A stretch of 64,000 bases of DNA from an uncultured Lachnospiraceae bacterium. GTDB taxonomy: Bacteria; Bacillota; Clostridia; Lachnospirales; Lachnospiraceae. Under the pieces are notes generated by a model that saw only the letters and a list, made by a program, of their open reading frames with translations, was not told where the DNA came from and did not search any database. The stretch spans positions 327 to 64,326 of the forward strand of contig CAZIQL010000009.1 in NCBI GenBank assembly GCA_964541485.1. The letters run 5' to 3'. Position numbers and translations under genes: made by a program. Shown here piece by piece: positions 56,869 to 64,000 of this stretch (position 1 is the stretch's first letter; every line of letters begins with the position of its first letter).

Positions 56869-58626
56869 ATGAAGAAAAACACTTGTCATTTACATATTTC
56901 GGCAATGCTTTGCCTGCTTTCTCTTGGCATCTTTTCCGGTTGTTTGCCCGTAATTGACAACGCTCCCCCGGATAGCGCCTACGTTTCTGCTATCCCCTCT
57001 CCCACGCCATCCTTTGAAACCTTTACTACCGGCATTTTTTGCGAAGAGGTCTCCTGCGATGCCATTTCCCTACACTATACGCTTGCAGAGCCGGAAGCTT
57101 ACGGTATTACCGATATCACGGTTTCCCTTGGCTCCATTGCCGATGCCGTTTCTGCTTCGGACGATGCCGCAGCCCTTTATGAACAGCTGATTACCTATGA
57201 CCGTGAGGCTCTTTCTGTCGAAGAACAGCGGACATATGATGTGCTGGAACGCTATCTGAATCTTCTGATGGAAGACACGTTCTCTCCCTGCCTTTCCGAG
57301 CTCCTCGGTCCGGTCACAGGGTTTCAGGCGCAGCTGCCAATCCTTTTGGCAGAATACCGCTTTGACGACAAGGATGATGTGGAACAATACCTGGCGTTAC
57401 TTCCTGAGGTCTATGAATATTTTATGGAAATCGCAGAATTTGAAAAAGAAAAAAGTAAAACCGGTTATTTCATGGACAATGCAACCGCCGAAGAAATCAT
57501 TCTTCAGTGCCGGGATTTTCTGATGAATCCCGATGACAATTTTCTGTTAGACACCTTTGCCGAACGCCTTTTGTCGCTCGGTCTGTCTCTGTCTGAGGAA
57601 ACTGATTACATCGTCCGAAACCAATCGGCACTGTTCACCTATGTCTTCCCTGCATACGAGTTACTCATTGACACGCTGACCGATTGCCTTGATACGGGCA
57701 AAAACCCGTACGGACTAAGTTATTATGAAGACGGAAAGGATTTTTACGCACTTCTTGTAAAGGCCTCCACCGGCTCCGACAGAACCATTCCCGAGTTAAA
57801 GCAGCTGCTCACCGATGCCATTGACGCCGCTTATCTTACAATGGCAACCGCCCTGCAAAGCGATTCCTCCCTCTATACCACAGCAATCCAACCGGTCTTC
57901 CCGGAAACCGACCCGGACAAAATTATCCAGTATGTGGTCCTGCAATCAGAAAAGGATTTTCCGCTGATTGACTGTGGTGACTATGAAATCAAATACATCC
58001 CAGCGGCCCTGCAGGAATATGTCAGTCCCGCGATGTATCTGATTCCTCCGATTGACCGTTATGAACAGAACATCATTTATATCAACCCGAATCCTTTGTT
58101 TGACGAAGACTCTCTGTTTCCGACCGTAGTCCACGAAGGCTATCCGGGACACCTCTATCAGACGGTTTCTGCCCTCTCAAACGATATTTCACCGCTCCGT
58201 TTTCTCCTCTCACCCATCGGTTATGAGGAGGGCTGGGCAACTTACGTGGAATACTATAGCTACAACTATGCCGGCTTTTCAGAGCCCCTGACCGCCTTCC
58301 TCCAGGCCAACCAGCTTGGCACACTTTGTCTGTATGCTCTCTCCGATATCTGTATTCACTATGAAGGATACACACCGGAGCAGTTATCCACACTTTTAGC
58401 TGACTACGGTTTCCCAAAAGAAACCTCTGCCCTCATTTACCAGACTCTTCTTTCCGAGCCGGGTGCTTATCTTCCTTATGCGATTGGTCTTTTAGAATTT
58501 CTCGAGCTCCGCGAGACTGCCGCAGACCTTTGGGAAGAGGATTATTCTGATTACCGGTTCCATGCCTTTCTGATTGAAACCGGACCGATGCCTTTTTCCC
58601 TGCTGAAAGACGAATTGGAAAAATAG
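56869..58626 (+). CDS. DUF885 family lipoprotein (putative metallopeptidase-like).
   Basis: 585 aa. It has the lipobox FSGC and the HEGYPGHLYQ motif characteristic of DUF885, as I recall it. Confidence 0.8.
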   Translation: MKKNTCHLHISAMLCLLSLGIFSGCLPVIDNAPPDSAYVSAIPSPTPSFETFTTGIFCEEVSCDAISLHYTLAEPEAYGITDITVSLGSIADAVSASDDAAALYEQLITYDREALSVEEQRTYDVLERYLNLLMEDTFSPCLSELLGPVTGFQAQLPILLAEYRFDDKDDVEQYLALLPEVYEYFMEIAEFEKEKSKTGYFMDNATAEEIILQCRDFLMNPDDNFLLDTFAERLLSLGLSLSEETDYIVRNQSALFTYVFPAYELLIDTLTDCLDTGKNPYGLSYYEDGKDFYALLVKASTGSDRTIPELKQLLTDAIDAAYLTMATALQSDSSLYTTAIQPVFPETDPDKIIQYVVLQSEKDFPLIDCGDYEIKYIPAALQEYVSPAMYLIPPIDRYEQNIIYINPNPLFDEDSLFPTVVHEGYPGHLYQTVSALSNDISPLRFLLSPIGYEEGWATYVEYYSYNYAGFSEPLTAFLQANQLGTLCLYALSDICIHYEGYTPEQLSTLLADYGFPKETSALIYQTLLSEPGAYLPYAIGLLEFLELRETAADLWEEDYSDYRFHAFLIETGPMPFSLLKDELEK

Positions 58627-58640
58627 CTTGAAAATTAAAA

Positions 58641-58687
58641 ACTCCTTCTTTCACAGCATCCCTGCTGCAAAAGAAGGAGTTTTCCTT
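58641..58687 (+). terminator. Bidirectional rho-independent terminator.
   Basis: ACTCCTTCTT (58641-58650) pairs with AAGAAGGAGT (58671-58680), with an inner CAGCA/TGCTG stem. It is flanked by A-rich and T-rich runs. Confidence 0.6.
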
Positions 58688-58724
58688 CGTATCCGGTTGG
58701 ATTGTTGAGAGCCCTACACACCGC

Positions 58725-59261
58725 TTATTTCAAATCAATAATATGCCAGATGTCCATCTTCTCATTTACGATATAATACTTTACAAACCACATACCATCT
58801 TCTGTTTCCATGAGAAGGTAATCACAACGCTTTCCTTCACTATCATAAACATAATGTAATCTCTGCACTTTTGTTAAATCCAGCTTGCTGGTATCACCCC
58901 AAAGAGCACTCTGAATCTCTGTCATTTTCTCTTCGGTAATTTCTTCCGACTGAATCTCCGGCTTCTTTACTGTGATTTTTTCATCGTCCACCAGAATTTC
59001 AAACTTTCTGCCGGACAGCTTTACATATTCAAAGCTCTCTTCATATAAATCCGTGTGCGCACTGCTGAGCGGAGAAATATATAATAACTCTCCTGTCTTA
59101 TACTTTTTATACAACGGATTTCCTGATACTGCAATAATAACCACAACCAGCACAACCACTACTGCTGCCGCCGCTGCAAGAACCAGCTTTGCCTTTCCTT
59201 TTGTTAACTCATTTAATTTATTCATCAAATTCTGAACTGTCTTTGTAATCTTCTCTTTCAC
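58725..59261 (-). CDS. Hypothetical N-terminally TM-anchored protein.
   Basis: 178 aa. The TM is LVLAAAAAVVVVLVVVIIAV, followed by a soluble domain. I could not recognise a family. Confidence 0.55.
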   Translation of the reverse strand: MKEKITKTVQNLMNKLNELTKGKAKLVLAAAAAVVVVLVVVIIAVSGNPLYKKYKTGELLYISPLSSAHTDLYEESFEYVKLSGRKFEILVDDEKITVKKPEIQSEEITEEKMTEIQSALWGDTSKLDLTKVQRLHYVYDSEGKRCDYLLMETEDGMWFVKYYIVNEKMDIWHIIDLK

Positions 59262-59341
59262 TGTTCATATCTCCTTAAATTTTTTCTTGTCCTATTCTAC
59301 CACATGTTCTATCTGTTTTCAAATAGAAATTTATCACAAAA

Positions 59342-59404
59342 ACTACTCTGGTAGTATTGACATTTTTATAAGACTGTGGTAGTATGTAGAAAACTTGATA
59401 CTAC
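59342..59404 (+). promoter_or_regulatory. Promoter with two overlapping dyad operators upstream of the blaI-like gene.
   Basis: TTGACA (59357-59362), a 17-nt spacer, then TAGTAT (59380-59385). Dyad 1 is ACTAC-TCTG-GTAGT (59342-59355) and overlaps the -35. Dyad 2 is GTAGTAT-N12-ATACTAC (59379-59404) and overlaps the -10. The word ACTACTCTNGT occurs twice. Confidence 0.45.
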
Positions 59405-59430
59405 TCTAGTCTTATGAAAGGAGATACTTT

Positions 59431-59790
59431 ATGCCAGTAAAATTATTTGATTCTGAATTAAAAATAATGAACGTCCTTTGGCAGGAAGGTGATACTACTG
59501 CAAAACAGATTGCAGAAATTTTAGCCGAAGAAACCGGCTGGAACGTCAACACCACTTATACATTGATTAAGCGTTGTATCAAAAAGGGCGCCATTGAACG
59601 CACCGAGCCGAATTTTATGTGCCACGCCCTCATCCCTAAGGAAGATGTCCAGGCAGATGAAACCGATGAACTGATTGACAAAATTTATGACGGATCTGCT
59701 GACAAGCTGTTTGCCGCGTTGCTTGGCAGAAACAAAGTTTCCAAAGAACAGCTTGAAAAGTTAAAACAGCTGGTAAAGGAGTTAGAGTAA
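59431..59790 (+). CDS. BlaI/MecI/CopY family transcriptional repressor.
   Basis: 119 aa. It has the winged-helix N-terminus LFDSELKIMNVLWQEGDTTAKQIAEIL and a C-terminal dimerisation helix. Confidence 0.9.
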   Translation: MPVKLFDSELKIMNVLWQEGDTTAKQIAEILAEETGWNVNTTYTLIKRCIKKGAIERTEPNFMCHALIPKEDVQADETDELIDKIYDGSADKLFAALLGRNKVSKEQLEKLKQLVKELE

Positions 59791-59827
59791 CCCTTCGCTA
59801 TCTCTTCATTAAAGAAAGGAGTTTTCC

Positions 59828-61813
59828 ATGTCTCTACTTCAAATGAGCTTTTATGGCGCAATCCTGATTGTTGCCATCATTATTATACGAGCTGTAGCGC
59901 TGCACCGTCTACCGAAGAAAGTGTTTGTCCTTCTTTGGAGTATCGCCCTGCTTCGCCTGTTACTCCCGTTTTCCATTCCTTCGGAGTTTAGCCTGTACTC
60001 GTTGCTTCCGGGTTCTGATGCACTGTCAGATGCACTGACTGTACCTCGTACTGTACTGGTGACCGGAAATCCAAGTGTCAATTTTCTTGCACCAATCGTA
60101 ACACCATTACCCGGCACCGTTGATGCTTCGGACGAACTCAATTATTATATAGCTCCGGACGGAGCCGTTTATCCGGAAGAGAGCGTTTTTTACACCACAC
60201 CTTCCCACGCCTTTACCTCGGGAATTTCCATTCTGATTAGCCCGTACAAGGAACTTTTTGTCCCGTTTGAAACCTTTTTCTGGATCATCGGACTTGTTCT
60301 GTTTTCCGTGTTTTTTGCTGTCACCTATTTCCGCTGTTACCGGGAATTTCAGACCTCCCTTCCGGTGGAAGATGAAAGAATTGCCGCATGGCTTGCCGAT
60401 CATCCAACGAAACGCACCATTCAGGTCCGCCAGTCGGATCGTATTTCGGCACCTCTGACCTACGGCATTTTCGACCCGGTCATTCTTCTGCCGAAAAACA
60501 TGGACCTTGAAAATGAGAAACAGCTACATTACGTACTATACCACGAATACTCCCACATTCGTCATTTTGATTCCGTGCTAAAACTCGTCATGGTTTTTAC
60601 CCTGTGCATTCATTGGTTTAATCCGCTTGTATGGGTTATGTATGTTTTGTTTAACCGTGACATGGAATTTTACTGCGACGAATGCGTTCTGGCATCGGAA
60701 GAAGGGGATTCCCGCTCCGCATATGCCAATACACTGATTCATATGGAAGAAACCCGTTCTCCTTTCATGCCGTTTTGCAATCATTTCAGCAAAAGCGCAC
60801 TCGAAGAACGAATCACTTCCATCATGAAATCTAATAAAGTAACCCTCGGTGCGATTTTTCTGGGTGCAGTGATTGTTCTTGCCGTTTTATTTACCTTGCT
60901 GACCTCGGCAAAGGGTTCTTCCGGTGGCAGTAACCCGGGACTAAACCCTCCATCTCCAACAATCACGCCAACCCCGTCGGCAACTCCTGCACCTACCAGA
61001 GTCCCACCTGCAGATCCGACTGTTACACCGGTTCCGGGACCACAGTATGCGGATTACTTCATGCCGATTATTGATACGCTTCACAACAACGACATTTCCG
61101 TAGAGTTTACAAGACCTTCTTCTCAACTTTTCATTTTCCGCGAGGGCTCCCTGGAGTTCACCGAGCCGTCTCAGGAAAACGCATATACACTTACCTTTTC
61201 AAAACTCGCTTATACGGAAACCGACACTCTGGAAAATGTCTCGGTGGACCTTGGCTTATACTTTTCGAAGTATGCATGGGCACCAAACACCTTGCATTAC
61301 CGCGAAGAAACACGCTGTATCTACATTTCCTATACCTTGGCACCACACAAGCAACCAATCAACGGCCCAAGCATCCTTTTGATTGAAATTCCGGTAGATG
61401 AACCGCAAGCTTATACCGTAATCCCGTTTGGTTACGGCTATGAAACCGACCTGTATCAATCAGCTCTTTGGTTTACTGAGGCATATTTATTGGATAACCT
61501 TATTTACTACAATACATTTTCCCATGAAGGCACTCTCTGGGCAATTAACCTTGACACCAAGCAACTGTTTTCTCTCTCGCACGTAAACTCAACACTAAAC
61601 TCTGCCGCACTGGAACACCTTCGTCTCTACGGCATGGATGAGACCTATTCTATTTGCACTGCCGTCTGTTATAAACAGGGCAATGTAACTGTTTACAGCG
61701 GGACTGTGTCCAAAGAAACGGATACGCCTGTTCTGTTTACGGTATATCTTGCTTATGACGGCGATACCTTAATTGACACATTATATTTGGACACCATTCA
61801 TATGGGACAGTAA
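59828..61813 (+). CDS. BlaR1-like M56 family peptidase/signal transducer with a non-PBP extracytoplasmic C-terminal domain.
   Basis: 661 aa. It has the M56 zinc motif HEYSHIRHFD, about 4 TM segments, a PT linker (PPSPTITPTPSATPAPT) and a ~250-aa C-terminal domain in which I see no SxxK/KTG penicillin-binding motifs. Confidence 0.85.
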   Translation: MSLLQMSFYGAILIVAIIIIRAVALHRLPKKVFVLLWSIALLRLLLPFSIPSEFSLYSLLPGSDALSDALTVPRTVLVTGNPSVNFLAPIVTPLPGTVDASDELNYYIAPDGAVYPEESVFYTTPSHAFTSGISILISPYKELFVPFETFFWIIGLVLFSVFFAVTYFRCYREFQTSLPVEDERIAAWLADHPTKRTIQVRQSDRISAPLTYGIFDPVILLPKNMDLENEKQLHYVLYHEYSHIRHFDSVLKLVMVFTLCIHWFNPLVWVMYVLFNRDMEFYCDECVLASEEGDSRSAYANTLIHMEETRSPFMPFCNHFSKSALEERITSIMKSNKVTLGAIFLGAVIVLAVLFTLLTSAKGSSGGSNPGLNPPSPTITPTPSATPAPTRVPPADPTVTPVPGPQYADYFMPIIDTLHNNDISVEFTRPSSQLFIFREGSLEFTEPSQENAYTLTFSKLAYTETDTLENVSVDLGLYFSKYAWAPNTLHYREETRCIYISYTLAPHKQPINGPSILLIEIPVDEPQAYTVIPFGYGYETDLYQSALWFTEAYLLDNLIYYNTFSHEGTLWAINLDTKQLFSLSHVNSTLNSAALEHLRLYGMDETYSICTAVCYKQGNVTVYSGTVSKETDTPVLFTVYLAYDGDTLIDTLYLDTIHMGQ

Positions 61814-61831
61814 AAGAAAGGACAGAAGATT

Positions 61832-63544
61832 ATGACGCAACGATCATCAATTTCACCAAAGACTCACATCGCATTGCTTATATATCTTCTGTCCTCTTCT
61901 GTTTTAGAACTGCTTGCCTATCGTCACGGCGGGATTTTTTCCATATCGGCAGCCTGGCTCTGGGTTCTGTCCGGAATTATCTGTCTTGGTATGTTTTGCT
62001 TTTCCTTCATTTCTCACCTGAAAAACGACTTGAAAGAGCAGCGTTACTTTCTTCTTGCGGCATATCTGTTTTTACTCGGATTATTCTGCTTTTTCATCGG
62101 GAATCTCTCTTTTTCCGATATCAGTTATGAGGCGGCCCTGCAGACAGCCGCGGGACTTTCCTCCTTTTCAGAACCCGACTTAAATTACACCGGCGTTGCA
62201 TTTCTTGACTATGCCAACCGTCAGTACGTCATCAATGCGCTTCCTTCCCTTCTCTTCGGAAGAAGTATTACCGCCCTTCATCTCGGCTATGCTCTCCCGT
62301 TTCTGATTGGAATGACCGCTTGGTTTTTCGAGCTGCGTCATTGGTTAAAAGCAGCCGGGCTTAGAGAAGAATTCGCCCTGCTTCCTCTGTATGCTCTTCC
62401 GACCTTCCCTTTTATTACGGAATATTTCATGAACTTTGAACAGACCCTGACCCCGGTTTCCTTTACGCTGATGGGACTGGCTCTTTTACTGCGCCTTTAC
62501 CGCAAGCAGGACATTCCTTCCGTGCTCGGGCTGTCCTTTATCGGAGGAATGTGTTGTAATTCCTATACGCCGGTGCTTGCTTTTTTTGGATACCTTGTTT
62601 TTTTTGTTGCCTTTTTTTGCATAAAAACACTCCAAACGCCCGTTACTTCCGACTCCGCCCAGAAATTTCTGCTTTGTTTTGGCTTGTTTGCCCAGCTGAT
62701 TTCCTACTTTGTGGCAACCCTTGTCACTCCGCAGAAATCCATGATTTCTACAGTAAACCGGGAAACTCCGTTTTTTAAAGCAGTATTTACCTCCTGGTTT
62801 GATTTTTTCTCCGATATGCATGTCACATTTTGGGGCATCTGGCTCGGGACAGTTTTGCTTTACCTGTTTTTTGCCTGTCTGGGACAGTTTAAGCTCACTG
62901 ACTTTTTCACTGCCGGCTGGATGCTTCTTACAGTGTTCTTTTCTAACTACATGACCGGCTATACAAGCTACATGAAATGTCATATAATCCAACGTAACAT
63001 GCTAATTATTCCGGTATTCTTAACCGCCCTGTTTTTCCTGTTTATAAGGCTCCCCCGCCTTGTACCAAAGGACAGGCTGTCAAAGAAAACCACGCAGCGA
63101 ATTCAAAACATTCTTTTCCCGCTTACACTTACCTTCTTCTGGTTGCTCGGTGCCTTTCATTTTTCACAGCCGCATCGATCGTTCCTGTATCACGGGTACG
63201 TACAGCCGATCAAATACCTGTTTTCTTATACCGGAGAGGTTTTGGAAGAACGGGACATTTCAAATACGGAGGAGTTTAATCTTGTTTTTCTGACCGATAA
63301 CCGCCTGCAGTCCAATCTTGCGGATTACTGTACTTACTTTTATCCGAATGCACATGCGTATGTTGCCGGAACAGAAGACTTCCCGGAATTACCGGACGAT
63401 TCCCTTCCGACCTTCATATTTTCCGAGTCGCCGGTGCCACCTTTCCCGCAGATGCACTTATCCGGCGAGAAAGCCTGGTACGCCCTCCGATACAGCAAAG
63501 AAATTACCCTTTATTACTTGGAAAACGTACCTTCCACCCCATAG
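61832..63544 (+). CDS. Large polytopic membrane protein (at least 11 TM) with a small C-terminal soluble domain. It may be a GT-C-like or YfhO-like glycosyltransferase, which is unverified.
   Basis: 570-aa hydrophobic ORF that starts 18 nt after the blaR1-like stop. Confidence 0.6.
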   Translation: MTQRSSISPKTHIALLIYLLSSSVLELLAYRHGGIFSISAAWLWVLSGIICLGMFCFSFISHLKNDLKEQRYFLLAAYLFLLGLFCFFIGNLSFSDISYEAALQTAAGLSSFSEPDLNYTGVAFLDYANRQYVINALPSLLFGRSITALHLGYALPFLIGMTAWFFELRHWLKAAGLREEFALLPLYALPTFPFITEYFMNFEQTLTPVSFTLMGLALLLRLYRKQDIPSVLGLSFIGGMCCNSYTPVLAFFGYLVFFVAFFCIKTLQTPVTSDSAQKFLLCFGLFAQLISYFVATLVTPQKSMISTVNRETPFFKAVFTSWFDFFSDMHVTFWGIWLGTVLLYLFFACLGQFKLTDFFTAGWMLLTVFFSNYMTGYTSYMKCHIIQRNMLIIPVFLTALFFLFIRLPRLVPKDRLSKKTTQRIQNILFPLTLTFFWLLGAFHFSQPHRSFLYHGYVQPIKYLFSYTGEVLEERDISNTEEFNLVFLTDNRLQSNLADYCTYFYPNAHAYVAGTEDFPELPDDSLPTFIFSESPVPPFPQMHLSGEKAWYALRYSKEITLYYLENVPSTP

Positions 63545-63598
63545 TTGTCAAATTTATAAAGATATTGTGAATTTTTTATCAATCCCCGCAAGAACCGC

Positions 63599-63627
63599 TT
63601 GACATTTACATTTTCTCCTTATATACT
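63599..63627 (+). promoter_or_regulatory. Strong SigA-type promoter candidate.
   Basis: TTGACA (63599-63604), a 17-nt spacer, then TATACT (63622-63627), about 60 nt upstream of the next start codon. Confidence 0.5.
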
Positions 63628-63685
63628 TTAGTTGGTGTAAATTTGAAAATTTATATTTTTAATTATAAAAAGGAGGAATTTTTCA

Positions 63686-64000
63686 ATGTCAACAAAAGCT
63701 TTTTACACTCATGACGAGATTGGCAAGGGAAAGGTTGGTTTTTCCACCACTCGTTCCATCATTGAAGCTGCCTTCTACGGAAACAACGTAGTAAAGGTAA
63801 ACACATTAAAAGAAGCTTACAACTTAGCAAAGAACTCCCCGGGTACTATCGTTACCGATATGCCTGTTTACAGAGGCGAAGAGTTCGGTTTAGACGCTGA
63901 TGCTAAGGTTTTATTATTCAACGACGGTGCTGTTACCGGTCGTTACGCTCAGGCTCGTCGTATTAAGGGTGAACCTGGCGTAGATGATAAGAAGCTTGAT
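63686..64000 (+). CDS. Partial CDS (5' end only, runs off the window). The product is not confidently assignable.
   Basis: AAAGGAGGAA precedes the ATG at 63686. The product starts MSTKAFYTHDEIGKGKVGFSTTRSIIEAAFYGNNVVKVNTLKEAYNLAK...GAVTGRYAQARRIKGEPG, with clean coding composition. I considered a PEP-carboxykinase-like assignment, but the spacing of the GAV...TGR segment does not match the classic ATP-PEPCK motif. Confidence 0.6.
   Translation, partial: MSTKAFYTHDEIGKGKVGFSTTRSIIEAAFYGNNVVKVNTLKEAYNLAKNSPGTIVTDMPVYRGEEFGLDADAKVLLFNDGAVTGRYAQARRIKGEPGVDDKKLD

Noticed and set aside
63686-64000. Naming the partial CDS at the window end as ATP-dependent PEP carboxykinase (pckA).
   Set aside because: The GAV..TGR segment superficially resembles the PEPCK N-terminal motif. 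However, its spacing and the following residues (TGRYAQARR versus TGRSPKDK) do not match. With only 105 aa available, I left the product unassigned.

Overview
This is a chromosomal window from a flagellated, Gram-positive anaerobe that carries sporulation genes. It looks Lachnospiraceae/Clostridia-like, which I infer only from protein families and gene order. No database search was possible. Family names such as DUF numbers are recalled from memory and are unverified.

Layout:
- 1-9.7 kb: housekeeping genes (yyaC, recR, ybaB, dnaX, murG, mtnN) plus a nucleotidase/guanylate-kinase-like fusion.
- 9.8-27.8 kb: an unbroken minus-strand string of 12 genes that looks like a Gram-positive glycan-utilisation locus. 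It holds GH35, a LacI regulator, a GH30 lipoprotein, two ABC permease pairs, two atypical solute-binding proteins and an uncharacterised trio of a large TM-anchored protein, a Yip1-like protein and an NHL/TPR protein. No ATPase gene is present.
- 28-32 kb: HIT, a flavodoxin-like/SCP2 protein, rhomboid and glpK.
- 32.2-41.5 kb: a complete Tad/Flp (type IVc) pilus operon. It includes an FHA protein, a 52-aa Flp pilin gene missing from the ORF track, and a TadE-like protein with a duplicated YH-x4-C/CxxC module.
- 41.8-46.7 kb: bofA, yaaL, malQ, a mini MCP-derived ORF, a membrane protein and a second LacI regulator.
- 46.7-50.9 kb: two adjacent TM-anchored surface proteins that share unusual Cys/His repeat modules. 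One also carries a transglutaminase-like core and BspA-type LRRs.
- 51.0-51.6 kb: a non-coding repeat region with two 65-bp-spaced hairpin repeats followed by a 463-bp near-full-length imperfect palindrome.
- 51.7-56.8 kb: a compact flagellar operon (sigma-28-like promoter, 1026-aa FliK-like protein, flagellin, FliS).
- 56.9-64 kb: a DUF885-like lipoprotein, a BlaI/BlaR1-like pair with a non-PBP sensor domain and a downstream polytopic membrane protein, then a partial highly expressed-looking CDS.

I found no rRNA, tRNA, CRISPR array, transposase or integrase.
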